A stretch of DNA of 35,993 nt from a virus (IMGVR_UViG_3300022906_000005:1-35993); one strand, 5' to 3'. Counted from the first letter of the stretch, positions 23,611-33,247 are shown. Numbers and translations: made by a program. The notes: generated from the sequence alone by a model not told the origin.

Positions 23611-23740
23611 CATTCTCCTTCCGAAAGACTTTGTAGTCGCAGATTCCAACGGAGAGCCGACACCGGAGTTTGTGCACTGGTGGGCTGAGCAATACAATCC
23701 TGTCACCAAGTGGCTATCGGATCTGTTTGATGCCCGCTGA
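23600..23740 (+). CDS. Small hypothetical protein (46 aa)
   Basis: MRHDILLPKDFVVADSNGEPTPEFVHWW...; fills the gap after the portal gene. Confidence 0.5.
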   Translation: MRHDILLPKDFVVADSNGEPTPEFVHWWAEQYNPVTKWLSDLFDAR

Positions 23741-23978
23741 AATCACCGAAGACGACTTCCTGACATGGCGAGAGAATGCCGTCACCCGTTGGGTATTTGC
23801 TGCCGCCGGGCGCGCCGTAGAGGCGCAGCGCATCGGATGGGAGGCAATGTCATGGGACACGGGCGAATGCGATCCCGTCATGCTGGCGGTTCTCAGAACC
23901 CGCGCCGATGCGTACCGAGCTTTGTACGAAACCACTTATGCTGATTGGAAGAGCCTGCATGAAACTCCCGACGCTTGA
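23730..23978 (+). CDS. Small head-module protein
   Basis: EDDFLTWRENAVTRWVF motif, typical position after portal. Confidence 0.65.
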   Translation: MPAEITEDDFLTWRENAVTRWVFAAAGRAVEAQRIGWEAMSWDTGECDPVMLAVLRTRADAYRALYETTYADWKSLHETPDA

Positions 23979-24303
23979 AGAGTGTAACCCCGGCATCAGA
24001 GCGACCGGGTTCTGCGTACTGGTAGCCCTTCCCCCGAAAGAAACCGTGACCGCGGGCGGCATCATCATCCCCGAATCCGCGGGCGAGCGCCAGCATATCG
24101 CCAAGTGCGAGGGGTTGGTGGTTTCCATGTCCCCAGCCGCTTTCGACTTCGCCGACTTCAAGGGCGAGCACGCCGAAGTTGGGGATGCGATCATGTTCCC
24201 CAAGCATGCTGGCATGATCGTTGAGGGCAAGGACGGCAAGGAATACCGCCTCATTCAAGACCGTGAAATCTGGGGCATCGTAGAGGAGAATCCCAATGGC
24301 TGA
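23959..24303 (+). CDS. groES: GroES-like co-chaperonin
   Basis: VLV...ETVTAGGIIIPES mobile loop, G.VV, VGD.IMF.KHAG, EYRLIQDREI.G. Confidence 0.85.
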   Translation: MKLPTLEECNPGIRATGFCVLVALPPKETVTAGGIIIPESAGERQHIAKCEGLVVSMSPAAFDFADFKGEHAEVGDAIMFPKHAGMIVEGKDGKEYRLIQDREIWGIVEENPNG

Positions 24304-25069
24304 AGAGCAGCTAGAAGAAGCTGGCGCAGAGGACACGCCCGAAATCGTCGAAGAGCCTGCGCTACCCGGCGTAGAGGAGCTTGCCGCCGAACTTGGCTGG
24401 AAGCCCAAGCCTCAATGGAAGGGCAACGAAGAAGACTGGCGCGATGCTGCCGAGTTCATCCGCCACGGCCAGAACGGCCCGCTTGTCCGCAAGCTCGCCG
24501 CGCTGGAGAAGTCGCACGAACAGCTTCTCCGCACCGCCGCCAAGACGACCGAGCGGATGCTACAGGAGCAGGAAGCCAAAATCATCGCGCGCTTCGAGCA
24601 GGCGGTAGAGGAGGACGACAAGCGGGGTGCCGCAGATGCGGCACGAGAACTGGCACAGGTGCAGGCCGAGCGCAATCAGCCCGATCCGCTTGTTGCCGAG
24701 TTCGTCGAGCGCAATCCATGGTACGGCAAGGACCCCGACGCGACCGATTACGCCGCTGTCATCACGGATCGGCTGGCTAAGCAGGGCAAGAGCGTTTCGG
24801 AACAGCTTGAGGCTGCTGAAATCGCAGTCAAGAAGCGGTTTTCGGAGCTATTCGAGGATGCCAAACCTGTGCGCAAGGCGCCATTGGTTGCATCTCCCAA
24901 CACGCGTACGGCCAACGGCGCTCCGAGGGCCAAAACTACCGCAGACTTGCCCCGCGATGTGCGGGCGGCTGGCGAGGAAATGGTGAAGATGGCTGCCACC
25001 AAGGGCTTCAAGTACACCATCGACGATTATTCCCGCACCTATTGGAGCGAACAGGGCGAAGCCGCCTGA
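24296..25069 (+). CDS. Putative capsid scaffolding protein
   Basis: Acidic N-terminus, A.ELGWKP...W.G....WRDA.EF, coiled coil, RNPWY; position upstream of capsid. Confidence 0.7.
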   Translation: MAEEQLEEAGAEDTPEIVEEPALPGVEELAAELGWKPKPQWKGNEEDWRDAAEFIRHGQNGPLVRKLAALEKSHEQLLRTAAKTTERMLQEQEAKIIARFEQAVEEDDKRGAADAARELAQVQAERNQPDPLVAEFVERNPWYGKDPDATDYAAVITDRLAKQGKSVSEQLEAAEIAVKKRFSELFEDAKPVRKAPLVASPNTRTANGAPRAKTTADLPRDVRAAGEEMVKMAATKGFKYTIDDYSRTYWSEQGEAA

Positions 25070-25115
25070 TTTTTCTGATTGACCTGCCCGATTTTTAGGC
25101 ACATAGGAGATTACA

Positions 25116-25634
25116 GTGGTACAGACCGCTAACGTTCGCCGAGGACGCCCCCCGAAGCCCCAGACGGCTTCCCTCTCGGCAGATACCGCGCCAGTCGAGG
25201 AACTGGCATCGCCCCGAGCACTGGAAATGCGCCGCGAGAGGCGCCGCCGTGAGCCGGGCACCGTAGACACAACCGCACGCCTCAAGCTTGTCGTGCCTCC
25301 CGCCATCCAGAAGCAGTTGGACGAACAGGGCATGACCGCCCGCTGGGCACTCGATTCCGGGGGCCGCGTACAACAGCTACAGGCCGAGGAATGGGACATT
25401 GTTCCGGGCGTCGATCCGGTGTCCGCATCCCGCTCCGATGATTCGCAGCTCCGGCTGATGGCGAAACGCAAGGACTGGTACGTGGAGGACCGCGCGCCGC
25501 TTGCAGAATTGAACAAGGCCAACGAGCGCAGGGCCGCACGGGGCGACGCACCTTCCGACGAGGATGGCGCAGTGAGCACCGAGCAGACCTACACTCCGCG
25601 GCATACGCAAAACCGGATTACCCGAGGGACCTAA
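25116..25634 (+). CDS. Head-module protein
   Basis: GTG start with AGGAG RBS; G...RW..D..GR...W..V...LM motif. Confidence 0.7.
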   Translation: MVQTANVRRGRPPKPQTASLSADTAPVEELASPRALEMRRERRRREPGTVDTTARLKLVVPPAIQKQLDEQGMTARWALDSGGRVQQLQAEEWDIVPGVDPVSASRSDDSQLRLMAKRKDWYVEDRAPLAELNKANERRAARGDAPSDEDGAVSTEQTYTPRHTQNRITRGT

Positions 25635-25663
25635 CGTCAGGCCCCTCAAACGAGGGGTTAGAC

Positions 25664-26245
25664 ATGGCCAATTCGAATGCACCTACCGGCCTTTGGGTCA
25701 CGCGCCTTCGCAACGGCGCGCCTTGGGTAGGCCCGCTACGCACCTATTACCATCCGGCCACGGACAATGCGGCGCTGTATGTCGGCGATCCCGTGGTTCT
25801 GGCGGGTTCCGGTGACGCGCGCGGGGTCCCCACGGTGACGCTTGCGACCGCTGGCGCCACCAATCGGATCACCGGCGTGGTTGTCGGCTTCCTGCCGACT
25901 TCGCCCTACATGCTCAAGTACGGGGCCGCCAGCACGGCTTTCTATCCCATTGTCTGCGATGATCCGGCTGCGCTTTTCGTGGTGCAGGAGGACAGCGCGG
26001 GCGGTGCGCTCACGGCGGACAACATCGGCGAGAACATCGATCTGATCGCGGCTGCCGGAAACCCCAACACGGGCACTTCGGGCTGGATGCTCGACAGTTC
26101 GTCCGCTGGCACGGGCGCCACCAAGCAGATGCGCATCATCGGCCTGTTCGACGCTGCCGACAACGCAATCGGCACCAACGCCAAGTGGCTTTGCGCCATC
26201 AACCTTCCGACTGAGACCGGCGCTGCCGGTGCTCTCGGCGTCTAA
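25664..26245 (+). CDS. Putative capsid decoration/cement protein
   Basis: MAN.NAP.GL...LYVGDPV...GVVVG...V.DDP...F.VQ; Ala/Gly/Thr-rich; directly before the MCP. Confidence 0.7.
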   Translation: MANSNAPTGLWVTRLRNGAPWVGPLRTYYHPATDNAALYVGDPVVLAGSGDARGVPTVTLATAGATNRITGVVVGFLPTSPYMLKYGAASTAFYPIVCDDPAALFVVQEDSAGGALTADNIGENIDLIAAAGNPNTGTSGWMLDSSSAGTGATKQMRIIGLFDAADNAIGTNAKWLCAINLPTETGAAGALGV

Positions 26246-26259
26246 GGGGGAATAGAGAC

Positions 26260-27168
26260 ATGCCCGCAGGTGTTATCACTCGTTCCGCCCATCCGGACGC
26301 CCTTTGGCCCGGTGTCAAGGACTGGTTCGGCCTCACGTACAAGCAGCTTGCTCCGCAGTGGTCGCAGATTTTCGAGCGGCAGGATTCGGACAAGTTCCAG
26401 GAGATCGTGGTTGAGGCCACGACCTTCGGACTCGCCCCGGTCAAGGCCGAGGGCGCGCCGATCCAGTACGACTCGGATCAGGAAGGCTACAAGAGCACGT
26501 TCACGCATGTCGTGTACGCTCTCGGCTATATCGTGACCATGGAGGAACTAGCGGACGGCAAGTACCGCATCATCTCCACGCGCCGCGCTTCTAACCTTGC
26601 CCGCTCGATGCGCTGGACTGCGGAGATCGTGCACGCCAACATCCTCAACAACGGCTTCGACACCAACTATCCCATCGGCGACGGCGCGGCGCTGTTCTCT
26701 GCCTCGCATCCGACGCTTTCGGGCAACCAGTCGAATCTCCTGACTCCGGCAGATATCTCGGAAACCTCGTTGGAGGACGCTACGAAGCGCGTGTGGCGCA
26801 TCAAGAACAACCGCGGCGACTATGTTGCTGCGGGGATCAAGCGCGTCATCATCTCGCCGGAAGATGCGTTCAACACCACCCGCATTCTCAATTCGGTGTT
26901 GCGCCCGGGCACCGCGAACAACGATATCAACGCGCTCAATTCCATGGGCATCGTGCCGGAAGTGGTGGTGAACAACTACCTTACCGACACCGACGCATGG
27001 TTCGTGCAGACCGATGTGCCGGAAGGCCTGATCTCGATGTGGCGCAACGACCCCACGCTTGAGCAGGACAACGACTTCGACACGAAGAACGCGCGTGCGT
27101 CGAGCTACATGCGGTTCGCGGCTGGCTGCGCAGATTTTCGCCAGATTTTTGGCAACGCCGGGGCCTAG
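26260..27168 (+). CDS. Major capsid protein
   Basis: 302 aa; FGLAPVKAEG..I.YD, YALGY.VT.E, GDG.ALFS.SHP, YLTD.DAWF, DFDT.N motifs. Confidence 0.9.
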   Translation: MPAGVITRSAHPDALWPGVKDWFGLTYKQLAPQWSQIFERQDSDKFQEIVVEATTFGLAPVKAEGAPIQYDSDQEGYKSTFTHVVYALGYIVTMEELADGKYRIISTRRASNLARSMRWTAEIVHANILNNGFDTNYPIGDGAALFSASHPTLSGNQSNLLTPADISETSLEDATKRVWRIKNNRGDYVAAGIKRVIISPEDAFNTTRILNSVLRPGTANNDINALNSMGIVPEVVVNNYLTDTDAWFVQTDVPEGLISMWRNDPTLEQDNDFDTKNARASSYMRFAAGCADFRQIFGNAGA

Positions 27169-27180
27169 GCGGGACACAAA

Positions 27181-27486
27181 ATGACGGGCCTCCCTCAGAC
27201 ACGGCCCAAGGGCTATTTTCAGGGCGAGAGTCTTGGGGTCTGTATGCGGTGCGGTTTCACTCGCTTCGTATCTCAGCTCACGCTCGAATGGTCCGGGCTT
27301 CGGGTTTGTCGCAAGACCGAGGGCGCCAATGGCTGTTGGGACCCTCGCCCGCCGCAGATGACGCCGCCGAATGTGTGGGCTGAGGGCCTCCCTGTGCCGG
27401 GGGCGTCCCCCCGCCCGCCGCCCGTGTTCATTGATCCCGAGAACGGGATTACTCCTGCCGATTTGGACCCAAGAGGGGGAGACTAG
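27181..27486 (+). CDS. Zinc-finger virion-module protein
   Basis: CMRCGF...L..EWSGLRVC...CWDPRPPQ. Confidence 0.7.
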   Translation: MTGLPQTRPKGYFQGESLGVCMRCGFTRFVSQLTLEWSGLRVCRKTEGANGCWDPRPPQMTPPNVWAEGLPVPGASPRPPPVFIDPENGITPADLDPRGGD

Positions 27487-28178
27487 TGCCAACGTCCGGG
27501 ACCATCTCTGGCACGCTGACGGCCAACGAAATCTGTTCGCTGGCGGCGCAGGAGCTTGGGGTCTACTCGGCAGGTGAGGTTCTTTCTGCCGCAGACGCAA
27601 GCGCCATGATGTCCCGGCTGACGTGGATGCTTAAGAGCCTCCAAAGCGATGGTGTGAACCTCTGGCGCGAGGCGGAGGGCGTCGCGGAGTTCCTTGAGGG
27701 CGAGAAGACCGTCACGCTCGACCCTCGGTGCATCGACGTTCTTGAGGCGCGGTATCAGCAGAGTTCGTCTTTCCAGCTTCCCATGCAGCGCTGGGAGATT
27801 GGCGAGTACATGCGCATCCCGAACAAGGATCAGCCGGGGCCAACCCCGCTGGCCTTCTATCTCCGCAAGCTGGTGGATTCGGTGACAATGACAATCTGGC
27901 CGGTGCCGAGCCAGGATTTGGAGATCAAGTACAGCTATGCCCGGGTTATCGAGGACGTGACGAACCTCAACCAGACAATCGACGTGCCGCAGCAGTGGAT
28001 GGAAACGCTATACATGAATCTGGCGGCAAGATGCGTGACATTGTTTGGAGTTACAAGGCTCGATCCTGCGACCGTGGCGATAGTCAGTCAAAGGGCCGCG
28101 ATGCTTGAGCAGAAGCTGCTCGACATGGACCGCCCTGCGAGCCTGTTCATGGGCAACGTGTACAGCGATTTCTTTTGA
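27486..28178 (+). CDS. Head-tail adaptor (P22 gp4-like role)
   Basis: TSGT...G.NLW...Y..IPNK...WPVP...D.P..W...L...LA. Confidence 0.75.
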   Translation: MPTSGTISGTLTANEICSLAAQELGVYSAGEVLSAADASAMMSRLTWMLKSLQSDGVNLWREAEGVAEFLEGEKTVTLDPRCIDVLEARYQQSSSFQLPMQRWEIGEYMRIPNKDQPGPTPLAFYLRKLVDSVTMTIWPVPSQDLEIKYSYARVIEDVTNLNQTIDVPQQWMETLYMNLAARCVTLFGVTRLDPATVAIVSQRAAMLEQKLLDMDRPASLFMGNVYSDFF

Positions 28179-28197
28179 TTTTCAGGGAGTTATCTAA

Positions 28198-29097
28198 ATG
28201 CCTTACACAAACTTCCCCGGCGGCATTACCTCTCAGGGGGTGCCGGTGATGGCTGGCCCCACCGTGTTTGGCCGCGTGTGGTTCGTCAACACTGTCACAG
28301 GGTCTGATGGCAATGACGGCCAGTCCACGGATTCCGCCTTCTCGACGATGGCGCAGGCCCTGAGCCGCGTCGGCGACAATGACGTGGTGTATTTCCGCGG
28401 CACCGTGCGCGAGCAGATCGTTGCTCCCTTGGGTGTGCAGGGTGTTTCGATCATCGGCGCTGCCGGTGGTGGTGTGAGGGACGATGACGGCGCCAAGTGG
28501 ACCTATCCTTCGTCCGGCGCTACGGCAGGAGGCGCGCTTCTGCTTGTTCGTGAGCAGGGTTGGAGCGTTTCCAACTTCCTGATGACGCCGGAGCCGACTT
28601 CCGGCGCGGCCATCGAGCTTCGCCGCGCGGAGAATGCGACCTATCCGGACGGCTCACATTTCATTGCCACGGGAATGCGCTTCGTCGGTGTCGACGTTAC
28701 CACGACCTACGGCATTCGCGATATCGGCGGCTGTTCCAACGTGCTGGTGCAGAACTGCGAGTTCTATCTCCTCACTACGGGCTATTATTGCTCCTCCACG
28801 GCGATTGCGGTCCCGCTGCGCTGCCGGATCATGGGCAGCCGCTTCCTTCAGAACACGAACGATATCGTCGCCCCGATGAGCTATTGCTATATCGAGGGGA
28901 ACCGGTTCCTTTCGTCCGCTGCCACGGTGAAAATCAACAATTCGGGCGGCGGCTATTGCGTCGTGACGGGCAATGTCTTTCCGGATGCGGCTGCGGATAT
29001 CGACCCTGCGCACGGCTATGACGGCAACGCGACCGACACATGGACCGGCAATCTCGTGGGCAATCAGGCGGCATTCGTCTTCGGCGATCCTGCGTAA
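28198..29097 (+). CDS. Virion fibre/spike with beta-helix (pectin-lyase-like) repeats
   Basis: WFVN...GSDGNDG....AF.T..AL, repeated I.GN.F / V.GN.F strands. Confidence 0.7.
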   Translation: MPYTNFPGGITSQGVPVMAGPTVFGRVWFVNTVTGSDGNDGQSTDSAFSTMAQALSRVGDNDVVYFRGTVREQIVAPLGVQGVSIIGAAGGGVRDDDGAKWTYPSSGATAGGALLLVREQGWSVSNFLMTPEPTSGAAIELRRAENATYPDGSHFIATGMRFVGVDVTTTYGIRDIGGCSNVLVQNCEFYLLTTGYYCSSTAIAVPLRCRIMGSRFLQNTNDIVAPMSYCYIEGNRFLSSAATVKINNSGGGYCVVTGNVFPDAAADIDPAHGYDGNATDTWTGNLVGNQAAFVFGDPA

Positions 29098-29107
29098 GGA
29101 ATAGAGC

Positions 29108-29581
29108 ATGGCCCTGGTATCCTTTGGCATCGGGGACCGTCTTGCGGGATGGCTGGTAGCGCTCGGCAGCGGCTATCAGGCGTATCTTCGCGGGACCGTT
29201 CTCACGAACAGTTCCGGCACGGAAATGGGAACGGCTGGGAACCCGCTTATCACCGCGGGAGCTGGCGGTTCGGGGATGACGCAGGCGGAGTTTATCGCCG
29301 CGCTCAAATCCGGCACCGGCACGAAAACCAGCGTCAACAGCGGCACCGGAAGCGTCACGATCCTTGCGAGCAATGCCAATCGCAAGGGCGCAAGCGTCAC
29401 GAATACGGATGCCAATATCCTGTATCTCGACTTGTCTGGCGGCACGGCTACCAATGCGAGCTACACCGCGGCAGTGGCATCCGGGGCTTATTATGAAATC
29501 CCGTTCGGCTACACCGGCCTGATTACCGGAATCTGGGCGGGTGATGGCTCCGGGGCTGCCCTTGTAACCGAGTTCACCTGA
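29108..29581 (+). CDS. Virion structural protein
   Basis: Gly/Thr/Ala-rich; LASNANRKG..V.N motif; late operon. Confidence 0.6.
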   Translation: MALVSFGIGDRLAGWLVALGSGYQAYLRGTVLTNSSGTEMGTAGNPLITAGAGGSGMTQAEFIAALKSGTGTKTSVNSGTGSVTILASNANRKGASVTNTDANILYLDLSGGTATNASYTAAVASGAYYEIPFGYTGLITGIWAGDGSGAALVTEFT

Positions 29582-29594
29582 GGGGAGAACGGCA

Positions 29595-30122
29595 GTGCCA
29601 TTGTACGGCGCCCCGGTCGATGTTTCCGCGCTGACGGCGGTAATATCCGCAAAGGCGGACGTGTCCGCGATTCCATCCCCTTCGGACGCGACTCCTTACG
29701 GGTGCGGCGTTCCTGCGAGCGGGGTGGGGAGTGGCTTCGCCCGATTCGATCACGTCCATTCACCATTCCCATATTCGGAAGTCTACCGGGACAGTGGGCA
29801 AACCACGGGTATCCAGACCATCACGCTGCGCAGCATCCCTGTCCCCGTCAACGTGGCATACGATATCGACGTGGTTATCATCGGCCTCACTAGTGCTCTT
29901 ACACAATCGGCGCGCGTCGGCATTTCGTGCGTGGTGGCGAGAGGCGCGGGGAATGTGTTCCGCAGCGGCACGCCTCTGGCGGCGGTTATTTCGGGCATCG
30001 GCGGGATCGTAGGCAATATCACCGCCAACACGGGCACGCAAAGCGCGGATATCACCATAACCGGGGGTGCCGCCACAACTACCAACTGGAAGTGCTGGAC
30101 GATTGTCCGAAAGGGTACCTGA
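29595..30122 (+). CDS. Tail fibre-related protein
   Basis: FARFDHVH metal-knot motif typical of tail fibres; GGGGAG RBS. Confidence 0.6.
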   Translation: MPLYGAPVDVSALTAVISAKADVSAIPSPSDATPYGCGVPASGVGSGFARFDHVHSPFPYSEVYRDSGQTTGIQTITLRSIPVPVNVAYDIDVVIIGLTSALTQSARVGISCVVARGAGNVFRSGTPLAAVISGIGGIVGNITANTGTQSADITITGGAATTTNWKCWTIVRKGT

Positions 30123-30487
30123 TGGGCAATACGATGATAAACGGCTGGCGCGACATGGGATTCGATACCGTGCCGCTGACTTCCGGCGACAACACGCCCC
30201 CGGCCCGGGAATATCTTGTCCTTGAGCCTCAGGGGGATGGGGATCGCATCGTCGGTTTCGAAGTGCCCGACGAGGGAGCGAACTGGATATTCGAGGTGTC
30301 CAACGGTGATCCCGCGCAGACACTCAATATGGACTTGATTGCGGGATCGTTCGGCCAGTCCCCTCCGGAGATTCTTCTGCCGCCCGGCTTTTCCAAGGTG
30401 CGCATTCCACCCGGCATGGCGCAGAGAATAGCCTATATCGCGGGACGGGGGTTCTTTCCCCTGTTCGCGGGGACCTTGGTGGTATAG
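30122..30487 (+). CDS. Hypothetical late protein
   Basis: TGATG coupling; MGNTMINGWRDMG... Confidence 0.55.
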   Translation: MGNTMINGWRDMGFDTVPLTSGDNTPPAREYLVLEPQGDGDRIVGFEVPDEGANWIFEVSNGDPAQTLNMDLIAGSFGQSPPEILLPPGFSKVRIPPGMAQRIAYIAGRGFFPLFAGTLVV

Positions 30488-31303
30488 ATGCGCGCGGCAT
30501 TTGGCTTTTCCGGCTTCGGCTTCGGGGGGACGGCGGGGATTATCCCTCCGCCCTATAACGCTGCCGCATCGTCCCTGTTCGCTCGTATGACAGCCCCGCC
30601 GGACTCGGCGCGGAAGGCATTGATCAGCGGCTTGATAGTGTCGCTGATCAATGCTGGCATATGGCCCAAGCTCGAATGCTTCTGGGTGATCGCGGCTCAT
30701 GATGCACAGGCGGCGCAGCTCAACTGGATTTCCACCAGCTACACGCTTGTCCCGACCCTTTCCCCGACCTTCACCACCGACCGCGGTTATGCGGGTGACG
30801 GATCGACCAGCTATCTAGCAACGGGCTGGACCGCTTCGGCAGCAACGCTGTTCACGCAGGACAGCGCTGCCATGGGCATATGGCTGAATGCCGGAACCGA
30901 CACCGCCAGTGCTACCGCGGTTGCGATGGGCAACACCAACAGCATCATTATCCCCCGCTCCGGCGTCGACAACATCCGGGGACGTATAAATCAGGCGGCG
31001 TCGACGGACGGAACGGGAGGGGCCGCGCCGACGCGTCTTGGCTTTACGGCCATTTCCCGCACTGCCTCCAATCTGGTGACGGCCTATCGCAACACCTCTG
31101 CGGCGGGAACGTGGGCCGATGCCTCCACGGCCCGCGCGACCGACACGCTCTTGCTGTGCGGCAGAAACTCTGCCGGTGTGCCGTCCACCACGGTCAATAA
31201 CCGCGCCGCTGCTTCCTTCGTAAGCTCGGGACTGACGGGCGCGGAGATCACATCGCTTTACAATGCGCTGAATGCCTACCTTGTCGCCGTGGGCGGCCAA
31301 TGA
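30488..31303 (+). CDS. Virion protein, possibly LamG/ConA-like
   Basis: L...GIW.KL...PTFTTDRGY.GDG..SYL.TG...LT.AEI..LY. Confidence 0.65.
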   Translation: MRAAFGFSGFGFGGTAGIIPPPYNAAASSLFARMTAPPDSARKALISGLIVSLINAGIWPKLECFWVIAAHDAQAAQLNWISTSYTLVPTLSPTFTTDRGYAGDGSTSYLATGWTASAATLFTQDSAAMGIWLNAGTDTASATAVAMGNTNSIIIPRSGVDNIRGRINQAASTDGTGGAAPTRLGFTAISRTASNLVTAYRNTSAAGTWADASTARATDTLLLCGRNSAGVPSTTVNNRAAASFVSSGLTGAEITSLYNALNAYLVAVGGQ

Positions 31304-32661
31304 TCGTCGCTTACTCCATCGGCACATACGACCGCACTGGCCTCCCGCGCGTGCGGCTACTAAACCTGTATGCAGAACAAGCTCCGTCCTCTCGCGTGCA
31401 GACGGCACTTGTCACGCGCCCGGGAATGGAAGTGGCGTACACCATCGGAATCGGGCCTATCCGGGGAATGTTCAGCCAGCCCGGAGCCTTGGACGGTGCA
31501 GTCTTTGCCGCTTCGGGAACGAACTTCTACAATGGCGAGACTCTCGTAGGAGTGGTGCCGGGAAGCGCCCGGGTGAGCATGGCGTCGAGCGCCACGCAGC
31601 TCCTGATTGCCAATGACACTGCGCTTTATATCACCGATGGCGCGACCGTCAGTCAGGTAACGTTTCCCGACGATGCCGGGGTCACTTCGGTTGCCTACAT
31701 CAACGGCTATTTCCTTGCGGCAAGGGCCGATAGTCAGCGCTTCTATTGGTCCGACATTCTCGACGGGGAAGCGTGGGACGGCCTCAACTATGCTTCGGCA
31801 GAAAGGGCGCCTGACGATCTGGTGGCGATATGGGTTGTCTCCGATCAAATCTGGATGTTCGGCGAGATCACGACCGAGGTGTGGATTCCGACCGGCGACG
31901 GAGAGGTTCCTTTCCAGCGCGTTGACGGGCGGCTATACGATCAGGGGTGCCTCGCACGAGACACGATTGCCAAGCTCGACAACACCATCTTTTGGGTGGG
32001 GCATGACTTCAAGGTCTATCGCGGCGCCGAGCAGCCGTTGCGCGTGAGCAACTATTACATAGAACAGGCGATTCAGGCTTCGGACATCGAGGACCTTGAG
32101 GCGTGGGCGTTCCCATGGCAGGGGAGCTACTTCTACTGCCTCACCACGACTTCCGGAACCTTCGCCTACAATCCGGCAACCGAGCAGTGGAACCAGTTCG
32201 GTTCCTATGGCGAAGAGACGTGGCGGGCGCATCTCGGGGTGTTCCGCAGCGGGGAAGTCCTGAGTGGGGACAACAATGACGGGCGCATCTGGCGGCTGGT
32301 GAGCGGGCTGCTTTCGGACGATGGCGATCCTATCGAGCGCCGCTGGACCGTGCTTCTGCCCAACGCCGTGATTATCGACACGCTTTACATCGATGCCAAT
32401 TCCGGCGAATCTCCCAGCTATACCTCCGACCCAATCGTCGAGCTTCGCATCTCGCGCGATCAGGGAAACACCTTTGGGGAATGGGTGCAGGCCACCACGG
32501 GATTTCAGGGGCAATACCGCCACAGGATCGCGTGGCGCAGACTGGGGATGATCGACAATGACGGAGCCGTGCTGGACTTTCGCTTGACGGACGATACGAT
32601 TTGGAAAGTAGCATCTATAAGGATGAACGATAGTCTTTCGGGCAGAAGCAGGCAGAACTGA
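31300..32661 (+). CDS. Packaged-DNA stabilisation/tail hub protein (P22 gp10-like)
   Basis: N.YAE...PG...GPIRG, YINGYF, ASAE..PD, FGE.TTEVW, GC.A..T, SRD.G.TF...WRRLG. Confidence 0.85.
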   Translation: MIVAYSIGTYDRTGLPRVRLLNLYAEQAPSSRVQTALVTRPGMEVAYTIGIGPIRGMFSQPGALDGAVFAASGTNFYNGETLVGVVPGSARVSMASSATQLLIANDTALYITDGATVSQVTFPDDAGVTSVAYINGYFLAARADSQRFYWSDILDGEAWDGLNYASAERAPDDLVAIWVVSDQIWMFGEITTEVWIPTGDGEVPFQRVDGRLYDQGCLARDTIAKLDNTIFWVGHDFKVYRGAEQPLRVSNYYIEQAIQASDIEDLEAWAFPWQGSYFYCLTTTSGTFAYNPATEQWNQFGSYGEETWRAHLGVFRSGEVLSGDNNDGRIWRLVSGLLSDDGDPIERRWTVLLPNAVIIDTLYIDANSGESPSYTSDPIVELRISRDQGNTFGEWVQATTGFQGQYRHRIAWRRLGMIDNDGAVLDFRLTDDTIWKVASIRMNDSLSGRSRQN

Positions 32662-32664
32662 TGG

Positions 32665-33156
32665 CTATGGAACCGTCTTCCAAATTTTGCGACTTCGCAC
32701 TCTGGAAATAGTGTCCGATCCTATGCCGAGAAGTTTTACAAGGTCCCTGTTGCGCAGGGGAGAAGAGCGGATTTCAGCCACTATGGCAGCAGTAAGCTTG
32801 GCGGCGGGATTCGCCTCTCCGTCTTGTTTGCGCCCGCGCCCTTTAGCGCGCATGTCCCGTAAATTATCTGCCGGGGTGCCCCACCATAGATGGTCTGGGT
32901 TGACGCACCATCGGTTGTCGCAAGTGTGGCATGCGCAGGCATCGCCCGGCCTGTCTTTCCCCGCGATGGCGAGAGAGATGGCGTGCGCCCTATATACTAC
33001 CCACCTCCCGTCTGCAAGATTGATTGCAAACGCCCCATACCCTTCGGAGAGGCCCGCAGTCCACGGCCAACACTCGTCGGGGCCGCGAACATCGACCTTG
33101 CTCCAGAAGCGCTCTTTCATTTTGTCTGTGATTATGGGATTGGGGCGTCTAGCCAT
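32665..33156 (-). CDS. Free-standing HNH homing endonuclease, antisense to the late operon
   Basis: RFWSKV...ECWPW...YG.F...AH...HTCDNRWCVNPDHL..GT..DN..DM..KGR, C-terminal HTH. Confidence 0.9.
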   Translation of the reverse strand: MARRPNPIITDKMKERFWSKVDVRGPDECWPWTAGLSEGYGAFAINLADGRWVVYRAHAISLAIAGKDRPGDACACHTCDNRWCVNPDHLWWGTPADNLRDMRAKGRGRKQDGEANPAAKLTAAIVAEIRSSPLRNRDLVKLLGIGSDTISRVRSRKIWKTVP

Positions 33157-33218
33157 GTCGCGGTCCTTTCGCGATGGGGTCAGGGCGGCACAGGAACGAC
33201 AATTCCGGTGTCGCCCGC

Positions 33219-33247
33219 ATTATAGTTCACAAAGAAGGGCGGCGCAA
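33219..33247 (-). promoter_or_regulatory. Promoter of the HNH gene
   Basis: Minus strand TTGCGC (33247-33242), N17, TATAAT (33224-33219). Confidence 0.6.

Noticed and set aside
21757-27600. Long antisense ORFs over portal, scaffold and capsid (e.g. 21757-22791, 26548-27600)
   Set aside because: Typical stop-poor shadow frames of GC-rich coding sequence opposite well-supported genes
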